Below are positions 84,636 through 92,900 of a stretch of 248,000 bases of DNA, piece after piece. The notes beneath the pieces were generated by a model that saw only the letters and a program-made list of their open reading frames with translations, made no database searches and was not told the DNA's origin. Position 1 is the first letter of the stretch, and each line of letters starts with the position of its first letter. This DNA comes from Hyalangium minutum (lineage in GTDB: Bacteria; Myxococcota; Myxococcia; Myxococcales; Myxococcaceae): NCBI RefSeq assembly GCF_000737315.1, contig NZ_JMCB01000004.1, positions 20,001-268,000 of the forward strand. The letters are read 5' to 3'. A program made the translations under genes and the position numbers.

Positions 84636-85829
84636 ATGACCAGAGCACGGTGGGTACTCGGCGGCGCGGGGCTCGGAGCGGCGGTGATGTACTGGGCGGA
84701 TCCACGCAGCGGGAGGGCCCGCCGGGCGCACGTCCGGGAGAAGGCGTGGCACCTGATGCTGAGCGTGGGGGATGCGTTGGAGGTGGTGGGGCGGGACATG
84801 GCGCACCGGGCGCGAGGGCTCGCGTTCAAGCTGCGCAGCCGGTTCCACGAGGAGGACGTGGACGACGTGACGCTGGAGGCGCGCGTGCGCTCGGCGCTCG
84901 GGCGGGTGTGCTCGCATCCGGGGTCGATCCAGGTCTCCTGCCGGCAAGGGCGGGTGGAGCTGAAGGGGCTGGTGCTGGCCAGCGAGGTGAAGCAGGTGCT
85001 CGCGCAGGTCCGCCATGTGCGCGGGGTCCAGGAGATCGACGATGACCTGGAGCCGCATCCGGAGGCGGGGAACCATCCGAAGCTTCAAGGGGGCATCGAG
85101 CGCCCGGGGGTGCGGCCGGAGTTGATGCAGCGGAGCTGGTCTCCGTCGGCGCGGTTCCTGGTGGGGCTGGGGAGCCTGGGGCTGCTGGCGTATGGGCTCT
85201 CGAGTCGAGGCGTGGTGCGGTGGGGGCTGGGCGGGGTGAGCTTGCTGCTGGGAGTGCGCAGCGTGACGAACGTGGAACTGCGGCGGCTGACGGGGGTGGG
85301 GGTAGGGCCGCAGGCGCTGACGCTTCATAAGGACATCACCGTGAGCGCGCCGGTGAATGAGGTGTTCGCGTTCTGGCAGGCCATGCACAACTTCCCGCGC
85401 TTCATGCGGCACGTGGAGGAGGTGCGGCTGCACAAAGAGGGCCGCTCGAGCTGGAAGGTGCGCGGGCCGGCGGGCATTCTCTTCGAGTGGGACGCGGTGA
85501 CGACACGTATCGAGCCCGGGAAGCTGCTCGAGTGGAAGAGCGTGGAGGGGGCGATGGTGGAGAACGCGGGCTGCATCCGCTTCGAAGATGTGGGGAACGG
85601 GCGGACGCGGCTGGACATCCGGCTGTCGTACAACCCACCGGCGGGAGCCATCGGGCACGCGTTCGCGCGGCTGCTGGGGGCGGATCCGAAGAGGCAGATG
85701 GACGATGATCTGCTGCGCTTCAAGTCGCTGATGGAGCTGGGCAAGACGACAGGGCACGAGACGGTGCGGCGGGACGAGCTCGTGCCAGGGCGTGGGGTGG
85801 AGAACTGGGTCTACTCGGAGCGGGGCTGA
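84636..85829 (+). CDS. BON + SRPBCC domain protein
   Basis: BON-like region then FPRFM...SWKVRGP. Confidence 0.82.
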   Translation: MTRARWVLGGAGLGAAVMYWADPRSGRARRAHVREKAWHLMLSVGDALEVVGRDMAHRARGLAFKLRSRFHEEDVDDVTLEARVRSALGRVCSHPGSIQVSCRQGRVELKGLVLASEVKQVLAQVRHVRGVQEIDDDLEPHPEAGNHPKLQGGIERPGVRPELMQRSWSPSARFLVGLGSLGLLAYGLSSRGVVRWGLGGVSLLLGVRSVTNVELRRLTGVGVGPQALTLHKDITVSAPVNEVFAFWQAMHNFPRFMRHVEEVRLHKEGRSSWKVRGPAGILFEWDAVTTRIEPGKLLEWKSVEGAMVENAGCIRFEDVGNGRTRLDIRLSYNPPAGAIGHAFARLLGADPKRQMDDDLLRFKSLMELGKTTGHETVRRDELVPGRGVENWVYSERG

Positions 85830-85912
85830 GCGGTGGCAGGGTTGCCTGCTCGGTTCGGGTGGATCCGGACGGGGCTGCTTGTTAGGCACAGAACTTCACC
85901 CAAGGAGTAGCT

Positions 85913-86404
85913 GTGTTCCGACTCGAGACAGATCGGGCCCTCATCGAGGCCTTTCGCCCGCGGGATCGCCGGGTGATCGAGATGCCCGAGAACGTGATGT
86001 TCCCGCTCTTCGTGCGCGACTACCTGGCGTGGACGGAGACGTCGGGGGCACGGGTGTACCTGGTGTTCGCCGCGCCGGTCAGCCGCAAGCCGATTGGCAT
86101 CATCTTCCGGAGGGAGTCGCAGGACAGTGGGGTGGGCACGTCACGCATCTGCGAGTGGTGCCACAGCTACGGCTCGTCGAGCGAGGTGGGGCTGTTGACC
86201 ACGGACGTGAACAGCAAGCGCCGGGTGGGGGTGCACCTCTGCCTGGACCTGCGGTGCAAGGAGAAGCTGGAGGACGCGGCGGATCGGGCCGGGCGGCATC
86301 CGATCGAGATCCTCAAGCAGCTCCAGGAGCGCATGTTCCGCTTCGCGCACGAGGCGCTCGGCATCGAGGCCCAGCCCACGTCAGATCGGGCTGTCGTTCC
86401 GTAG
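85913..86404 (+). CDS. FBP C-terminal zinc-finger (FusB/FusC-like) protein
   Basis: CEWC...GVHLCLDLRC. Confidence 0.7.
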   Translation: MFRLETDRALIEAFRPRDRRVIEMPENVMFPLFVRDYLAWTETSGARVYLVFAAPVSRKPIGIIFRRESQDSGVGTSRICEWCHSYGSSSEVGLLTTDVNSKRRVGVHLCLDLRCKEKLEDAADRAGRHPIEILKQLQERMFRFAHEALGIEAQPTSDRAVVP

Positions 86405-86451
86405 GAAGCGAGCGGGAGACCCATGAGGTAGGGTAGGGTGCTGAGGAGCGG

Positions 86452-87975
86452 ATGTCCGCCCTGCACTGGAGCCCACCCATGGGGAAGCGAGAGCCCTTGC
86501 TGGAAGAGAACCCGCGCTGCTTGCCAGTGGGGATGCAGGTGGGCCCGTGGCGGGTAGTGGGCTTCGGAGGGCTGGGGGCCTACGGCACCACGTATCAGGT
86601 GGAGCGGGTGGGGCGCGAAGACGAGGGACCGTTCGCGCTCAAGCTGGCGGTGTACCCGGGAGATGAGCGCTTCGAGCGCGAGGCGAAGCTGCTCTCGCGC
86701 ATCCGCAGCCCGTTCGTTCCGCGGCTCCATGATCAGGGCGTGTGGGAGTTCGCTTCGGGCCGCCATCCCTATCTCGTCATGGACTGGATCGACGGCGAGC
86801 CGCTGTATGAGTGGGCCGCGCGGCGAAACCCCTCGCAGCGGCAGGTGCTGGGACTGGTGGCGCAGGTAGCGCGAGCCCTGGCGGACACGCATGCGGCCGG
86901 GGGCCTTCACCGGGATGTGAAGGGCGCGAACGTGCTGGTGAGGCGCGCGGACGGTCAGGCGATCCTCACGGACTTTGGCGCGGGGGACTACCGGGGAGCG
87001 GAGACGTTGACGTCGAAGCTGTTGCCCCCGGGGACGCCGGCCTACCGCAGCCCCGAGGCGTGGGCATTCCTGAGTGCATTCCGGCGGCACCCCACCGTGC
87101 ACTACCCGGCCAGCACGTGCGACGACCTGTTTGCCTTGGGAGTGATGGCGTACCGGCTGGTGACGGACCAGTACCCGCCGTTGACGAACCCGTCGGTGCC
87201 CGGCTCGGAGGTGTGGCGAGAGGGAGGGGGTGGGCCGCGTCCGCCGAGTGCGCTCAATCCGCAGGTGGGCTCTGAGCTGGACAGGCTGATTCTCCGGCTG
87301 TTGGCGGTGGCTCCCGAGGAGCGATTTCAAGGTGTGGCGCAGGAGGCCGCCCAGGCAGCGGAGCGGGCCCGAGAGAGCATTCCCCCCGAGAGAGACACGC
87401 CGTTGTTCCGCTGGAGCTTGGGGCGTGGCCCGGGCTGGCGGTCACCGGAGGCGGTGAAGTGGGCAGAGGAGCGGGAGGCAGAGAGAGCGGAGCTCGCGCG
87501 GCGGAGGGCGGAGGAACGGGTTCGGGCCGCAAGTGCTGCGGTGCAGGTCCGCCCTGTCGAGTTCACGTGGACATGGGGTGTGGAGGGCGCAGCTGCGGCG
87601 GTGGCGGTGCTCCTCCTGCTCATGGTGGGCGCGGCGCTGAACCGTGCCCACGAGTTGCTCGAGGGCGTGGCTGCGGAGGGGGCGGCTGTGGCGGTGGGGG
87701 ATCGCCGACTCCACGTGCCTTGCGAGACGTGCGCTCGGAAGGAGCGGGAAGAGAGCACTGCCACCGTGACCCAGCCGCTGCCCGAGAAGCCGCTGCCAGG
87801 GCAGCGCAAGCCACCGTGCAACAAGAACGGACAGACGGAACTCAGGGGTGGGTGTTGGTACCGGCTCAACGATGCCAAGCCCCCCTGCGCAGAGGACAAC
87901 TACGTGTGGCAGGGAGCCTGTTACGCGCCGGTGCCCGCTTCCACGCGGCCCCAGCCCGCAGCGGATCCGCCGTAG
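86452..87975 (+). CDS. Ser/Thr protein kinase
   Basis: HRDVKGAN, DFG, GTPAYRSPE. Confidence 0.9.
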   Translation: MSALHWSPPMGKREPLLEENPRCLPVGMQVGPWRVVGFGGLGAYGTTYQVERVGREDEGPFALKLAVYPGDERFEREAKLLSRIRSPFVPRLHDQGVWEFASGRHPYLVMDWIDGEPLYEWAARRNPSQRQVLGLVAQVARALADTHAAGGLHRDVKGANVLVRRADGQAILTDFGAGDYRGAETLTSKLLPPGTPAYRSPEAWAFLSAFRRHPTVHYPASTCDDLFALGVMAYRLVTDQYPPLTNPSVPGSEVWREGGGGPRPPSALNPQVGSELDRLILRLLAVAPEERFQGVAQEAAQAAERARESIPPERDTPLFRWSLGRGPGWRSPEAVKWAEEREAERAELARRRAEERVRAASAAVQVRPVEFTWTWGVEGAAAAVAVLLLLMVGAALNRAHELLEGVAAEGAAVAVGDRRLHVPCETCARKEREESTATVTQPLPEKPLPGQRKPPCNKNGQTELRGGCWYRLNDAKPPCAEDNYVWQGACYAPVPASTRPQPAADPP

Positions 87976-88066
87976 CCGCCAGGAATCTCACGCTGCGGAG
88001 GGAGCACCATATAAAGGTGGGAGTCAGTGGGGGCCTCTCCTCCGCAGGAGGGCCCTGGTTGGTCGT

Positions 88067-88088
88067 CACAGCTGACCAGTCAGCTGTG
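88067..88088. repeat. Intergenic palindrome CACAGCTGAC-CA-GTCAGCTGTG
   Basis: 10-bp perfect arms; related copy at 162807. Confidence 0.6.
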
Positions 88089-88151
88089 GCGAACGCCGAC
88101 TCCCCGCTGAGTGGTGACCGGAACGCAGCGAGTCGCAAGGGTCGGACAAAG

Positions 88152-88191
88152 AAAAGCCCCGGAATCACTCAAGAAAGTGACTCCGGGGCTT
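88152..88191 (-). terminator. Terminator downstream of tRNA
   Basis: AGCCCCGGA/TCCGGGGCT stem with T-run on minus strand. Confidence 0.75.
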
Positions 88192-88192
88192 G

Positions 88193-88266
88193 TGGCCAGG
88201 GTCGGACTTGAACCGACTACCTGCGGATTATGAGACCGCCGCTCTAACCAGATGAGCTACCTGGCC
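88193..88266 (-). tRNA. tRNA with CAT anticodon (elongator Met or Ile2)
   Basis: GGCCAGG/CCTGGCC acceptor, CT-CAT-AA loop, GTTCAA T-loop; CCA not encoded. Confidence 0.9.
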
Positions 88267-88548
88267 GTGATGTGGGCGCCCTTACTACTGCTCCTGCATG
88301 CGCCATGCAACTGGTACGGACTGCGTACCGGGTGGAGCCCTGAAACCGGCTCCACGGGCGGCTCTATACCACACGGTTTTCCGGGGGCAACGAGAAGGAT
88401 GCGCTCTCGCAGCGTGCCCTGTTCAAGAGGTCTCCTATCGCCTCCCGGCCCAGGTCCCGGCGTCCAAGCCAGTGCAGCATGCACGGCTCCGAGATCGAGC
88501 GGCTGGCCCGTGGTGAGCATTGGCGAGGGAGTGCGCCCTTCCATACGC

Positions 88549-89466
88549 TCACTGAGCCATCGTCTCATCCCAGAAAAGGGGCTGGCATGAGTAGGGCTTG
88601 TCCTCCCAACGGCGGCTACAGTGATAGCCGTCTCCGCATACATCGGGGGCATGAGGATCGCAGTCTGGCATGCAGTGATAGCCGTCGCAGACCTTCCCAG
88701 CGCCGCAGGGCGGCAAGCCATCGCCACACTCCTCGACACACTCCATCCACACCTTGCCTGGATGCGGAGGGGCGTAGTCCACTTTGCATTGGCGACCATC
88801 AGGGCAGGGAGTCTGCTGGCACTGGGGGCCATACACCTGCGCGCACACGGAAACACCTTCACTGAACTGGATGCACTGCTGACCCGAGGGGCATCCGCGA
88901 GTCATGCACGTAGGCAGGCAGGCGAACTGGGGAACGGTGTCGGCGCAGAAGAAGCCCTCGGGACAGCCCTTGTTGTCGTCCATGCGGCAAGGTCGGGCAC
89001 ACCACTCCTCTTCACGGCCGCTGCACAGCCATTCAGGAGCGCAGGCATTCGCTTTGTCCCATGGAAGCGTGACGCAGCCGTCCCCTTCCTGGCGCGGACC
89101 CACGGGGACACAGCGGCGAACCTGGGGTCCGTCTCCCCAGGTGGCAATGCGGCGACAGACCTCGCCTTCCAGGCACTGCTCATCCGTCAGGCACTCGCTG
89201 TCAATGCAGGTGGTCCGTGGGTAGCGGTAATCGGAAAAGCAGCCCAGCGGCGGCTCACACTTCTCCTGGCCCGGACCACAGGGCCGCCCGTACGTCGTCA
89301 AGCGCATACGCTGGTCGTGGGTGAGGATGGGGCTGGCGCGCACCCCAGGGGGCGCATCCGTCGGCACCTCTGGCTTCAGCAGCCCCCACAGCAGCACCAG
89401 CAGGGGCAGAGGCAGCAGCACTCCCACGAAGACAGCTACCCACTTGCGCCAGCTCCTCGTCCGCAC
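88549..89466 (-). CDS. Cysteine-rich membrane-anchored protein
   Basis: N-terminal TM; many Cys-rich repeats. Confidence 0.7.
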   Translation of the reverse strand: MRTRSWRKWVAVFVGVLLPLPLLVLLWGLLKPEVPTDAPPGVRASPILTHDQRMRLTTYGRPCGPGQEKCEPPLGCFSDYRYPRTTCIDSECLTDEQCLEGEVCRRIATWGDGPQVRRCVPVGPRQEGDGCVTLPWDKANACAPEWLCSGREEEWCARPCRMDDNKGCPEGFFCADTVPQFACLPTCMTRGCPSGQQCIQFSEGVSVCAQVYGPQCQQTPCPDGRQCKVDYAPPHPGKVWMECVEECGDGLPPCGAGKVCDGYHCMPDCDPHAPDVCGDGYHCSRRWEDKPYSCQPLFWDETMAQ

Positions 89467-89688
89467 CTACGGCGGCCCTCCGCACTCAAGACACTCCTTC
89501 GAGTGCTCCTTGCCACGCGCGCAGACCCGCTTGCGTTCCTGGTCCGCGCATCTCCTGATGATGATGACCTGTTCCTGCGCGTCCTTGTGGGCAGCCTTGG
89601 CAATGCGGCCGTCCTTGCCGAATTCAGAGGGGCAGCCGGTTGTTGCCATGACTGAAAGTACGAGCACTCCCGCCCGGAGCCAACCCAT
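89467..89688 (-). CDS. Small lipoprotein
   Basis: Lipobox TTGC; C-terminal Cys cluster. Confidence 0.6.
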   Translation of the reverse strand: MGWLRAGVLVLSVMATTGCPSEFGKDGRIAKAAHKDAQEQVIIIRRCADQERKRVCARGKEHSKECLECGGPP

Positions 89689-89808
89689 GAGTCCCTCCCG
89701 TGAAGGACCCTCGACGCTACCAGCGCGGATCCCGTTGCGTCCACGTTGCGGGCAGGGAGGTGGTGCCCAACGTGTCGCGATGAGCCCGCAGGTTGCGTGT
89801 GCGACTTC

Positions 89809-90168
89809 CTACTCAGGCCGGGGCGGCTCGTCCGCTCCAGGTACCAGAATCTTCTCGCCACGCATGCGGGCTCGGAACACCGCAGCCCGCATCAGAAAGA
89901 GGGTGGTGATCGGCGCGGTGAGAGCAATGAACACCGCGATGAGCAGCGCATGAAGATAGAGCTGGCTGTGCTCGAAGGAGATCTGCACCGCCGTGGCGAG
90001 TGCGAAGCCCCAGGTTCCCAGGGTCGCGCCCAAGGTCGGCGCGTGCACGCGCTGAAAGAAGCTCTTCAGACGCAGCAACCCGAACGAGCCGAGCAGTGCC
90101 GCCAGAGCGCCCACCACCACGAGCAACGCGGTCAGAGTATCCACCCACAGAGGAGTCCATCCGTTCAT
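89809..90168 (-). CDS. phaG: Mrp/Pha antiporter subunit G
   Basis: RVHAPTLG; operon position. Confidence 0.9.
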   Translation of the reverse strand: MNGWTPLWVDTLTALLVVVGALAALLGSFGLLRLKSFFQRVHAPTLGATLGTWGFALATAVQISFEHSQLYLHALLIAVFIALTAPITTLFLMRAAVFRARMRGEKILVPGADEPPRPE

Positions 90169-90443
90169 TCGATGATCTCCCCGCGCAGGAGGAACTTGGA
90201 CATTGCCGTGGAGCCCACGAACCCAAACAGGGCGATCAACAGCGCCGCCTCGAAGTAGGAACTGCTGCGGTAGATAAGCCCGAGCGCGAGGATGACCAGC
90301 ATCACGTTCAGGTACAGGCAGTCGAACGCCAGCACGCGGTCCTCCGCCCGGGGTCCGAGAATCATCCGTGCCAGTGCCAGCATCATCGCGAGGGCAAGAC
90401 AGCCCAGGGCGAAGGCCAGCGCCCAGGAGAGGAGAGGGCTCAT
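90165..90443 (-). CDS. phaF: Mrp/Pha antiporter subunit F
   Basis: GPRAEDRVLAFD. Confidence 0.9.
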   Translation of the reverse strand: MSPLLSWALAFALGCLALAMMLALARMILGPRAEDRVLAFDCLYLNVMLVILALGLIYRSSSYFEAALLIALFGFVGSTAMSKFLLRGEIIE

Positions 90444-90928
90444 TCGAAGATCTCCTGGAGCGAGCGCTCGTAGCGCTGCTTGATGAAAGCCACCAAAGCC
90501 TCCTCGCTCTGAATGGCGAGCACGTGCAGCAGCAGGACGCGATTGTCCGCCGACAGTTGTGCCCAGGCCGTGCCCGGCGTGAAAGTGACGATCATCGCCA
90601 GCACCGCCAACCCATTCGGATCCTTCAGCTCGAGCGGGATTTGGACAAACCCGGAGCGAACGGCGCTCGAGCGCTGGGTGAGGATCACCCAGGCCACCTC
90701 TGCGTTCGACCGCAACATCTCGAGCACGACCCGGCAGAACAGGCGTGCCATGACGAAGGGCTTGCGCAACCGCACGGGGGCGGGCCTGAGTCGGACGGTG
90801 ACCACGGGCCAGAACAGCGCCAGGGCGGCGCCCAATACCAGCGTGCCCGCGCTCACCGACTGCATGAGCAGAATCCAGAGCAGGAGCAGTGCCACCGAGA
90901 GCACAGGGAAAGGGATGAGCCTCCTCAT
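90440..90928 (-). CDS. phaE: Mrp/Pha antiporter subunit E
   Basis: TFTPGT, LLHVL. Confidence 0.9.
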   Translation of the reverse strand: MRRLIPFPVLSVALLLLWILLMQSVSAGTLVLGAALALFWPVVTVRLRPAPVRLRKPFVMARLFCRVVLEMLRSNAEVAWVILTQRSSAVRSGFVQIPLELKDPNGLAVLAMIVTFTPGTAWAQLSADNRVLLLHVLAIQSEEALVAFIKQRYERSLQEIFE

Positions 90929-92565
90929 CGATCGTCCTCCCGCACCGTGGCCGGCGGCCGTACCGCTGCTCCGAGAACCGCGTCAATGTACCCCCGGCGG
91001 TCATAGAGGGATTGCGCCGTCGCGCGCGCGAGCTCCATCGTGGGCCCCGCTGCGAGCGTCAGCACTCCGCATGCGGCGAGGAGCGCCACCAGGGGCAACC
91101 CCTCCGGCGCACGAACCTGCGGGGGCGTGCGCTGCATCTCTGGCCAGAAAGTCCGGATCCCTGTCCGCGTGAGCGCGATGAGGGTGAGCAAGCCGCAACC
91201 CAGCAGCACGCCGGTGAACAGCCATGCACGGGGGGAGACAGGCGCGCTCCCGGAGCCCGGCCCAAGCGCCGCCGACAACATGCCGAGCTTGCCGATGAAG
91301 GTGGAAAGGGGAGGCAGGCCCGAGGTGAGCAGCGTGCACGCGACGAAGGCCATGCCCATCAGCGCGGTGGAAGCGGGGAAGGGCAGGGCGACGAGCGGCT
91401 CCCCCTCGTCGTCGAGGTTGACCTCCTGCGCTTCGAGCGTTGCGCTCAGGAAGGGCGCCTCGTCCACCGCCGTCGACCCCGTGCGCCACCGCTCGACAAG
91501 GTCAACGAGCAGGAAGAACGCGCTGGAGGCCAGCGTGGAGCTCACCAGGTAGAACATCGCGGAGCCGAGGACGGCTTCCTCTCCCAGCCCCAGTGCGGCC
91601 AGGAGCGTCCCGGCGGAGACCATCACCCCCGCCGCCGCCTGGACCGCGAGCCGCTGCGAGGCGATCATCCCCAGGGCCGCGAGCACCGCGGAGACCCCTC
91701 CGAACACGAACAGGCCGTCCGCGCCGAACCCCGCCAATGGCCCCCCGGCGAACATCAGCGTCCACAGCCGCATCAGTGCGTAGACACCGACCTTTGTCAG
91801 CACGGCGAACATCGCTGCCACGGGCGGAGTCGCCGACGCATAGGCGGGGACGAGCCAGAAGTTGAGCGGCCAGGCCGCCGCCTTGGCCAGGAACGCCACC
91901 GCGAGGATGGCTGCTCCCGCGTCGATGAGGTGTCTGTTGGCTACGTTCCCCTCGGAAAGGCGCGCGGAGAGCTCCGCCATGTTCAGCGTCCCCGTGACGC
92001 CGTAGATCATCGACACGCCGATGAGGAACAGTGACGAGGCGGCCAGGTTCACCGCCACGTAGTGCACCCCCGCGCGGACCCGCGGCTTTCCAGCGCCGTG
92101 CAGCAACAGGCCGTACGAGGCGGCGAGCAGGATCTCGAAGAAGACGAAGAGGTTGAAGACGTCGGCCGTCAGGAACGCGCCCGAGAGCCCCATGAGCTGC
92201 AGTTGAAAGAGCGGGTGGAAGTGAACGCCCGCGCGGTGCCAGCGCGCGGAGGCGAAGGAGAGCGCGCAGGTGCCCAGGATCCACGTCAGCACCAGCAGTC
92301 CCGCCGAGAGGCGGTCCACCGCGAGCGTGATTCCGAACGGCGCGGGCCAGTTGCCGGGCAGGTAGGCCACCGCGCCGTAGGCGTCCACCCAAGCGAAGAG
92401 TGCCACCGAGAGGGCGAGCCCCAGGAGCGCGGAGCTCATCCCCAGCACCAGCTTGGCGGGGCGCCTTCCCTCGCCCATGAGGACCATCACCGCCGCGATC
92501 AACATCGGCAGGAGGATGGGGGCCACCATCAAGTGGGGCATCAGGCCTTGGATGAGTGCCGTCAT
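90925..92565 (-). CDS. phaD: Mrp/Pha antiporter subunit D
   Basis: DVFNLFVFFEI, TKVG. Confidence 0.93.
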   Translation of the reverse strand: MTALIQGLMPHLMVAPILLPMLIAAVMVLMGEGRRPAKLVLGMSSALLGLALSVALFAWVDAYGAVAYLPGNWPAPFGITLAVDRLSAGLLVLTWILGTCALSFASARWHRAGVHFHPLFQLQLMGLSGAFLTADVFNLFVFFEILLAASYGLLLHGAGKPRVRAGVHYVAVNLAASSLFLIGVSMIYGVTGTLNMAELSARLSEGNVANRHLIDAGAAILAVAFLAKAAAWPLNFWLVPAYASATPPVAAMFAVLTKVGVYALMRLWTLMFAGGPLAGFGADGLFVFGGVSAVLAALGMIASQRLAVQAAAGVMVSAGTLLAALGLGEEAVLGSAMFYLVSSTLASSAFFLLVDLVERWRTGSTAVDEAPFLSATLEAQEVNLDDEGEPLVALPFPASTALMGMAFVACTLLTSGLPPLSTFIGKLGMLSAALGPGSGSAPVSPRAWLFTGVLLGCGLLTLIALTRTGIRTFWPEMQRTPPQVRAPEGLPLVALLAACGVLTLAAGPTMELARATAQSLYDRRGYIDAVLGAAVRPPATVREDDR

Positions 92566-92900
92566 GCCTCGGTGCCGTCCACGTGATCAGTCCCGGTCAT
92601 CCCGCGTGAGGCCAGGACGATGACCAGGAGGAGGGCCGTCATCGCAAAGCTGATGACGATGGCTGTCAGCACGAGCGCCTGAGGGACCGGATCCGTGTAG
92701 TGGGCGAGGTCCGGTGGGACGCCGTCCGCGAGGATGGGCTCCTTGTCGATGGCCAGGCCGCCGATGCTGAAGATGAAGAGGTTGACCGCGTAGGAGATGA
92801 GCGACAGTCCGACGACCAGCTGGAACGTGCGGGGCCGCAGCAGGAGCCAGACGCCCGAGCCGATCAAGATGCCGATCGCGAGTGCAAGTACAACTTCCAT
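92562..92900 (-). CDS. phaC: Mrp/Pha antiporter subunit C
   Basis: DPVPQALVLTAIVI. Confidence 0.93.
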   Translation of the reverse strand: MEVVLALAIGILIGSGVWLLLRPRTFQLVVGLSLISYAVNLFIFSIGGLAIDKEPILADGVPPDLAHYTDPVPQALVLTAIVISFAMTALLLVIVLASRGMTGTDHVDGTEA

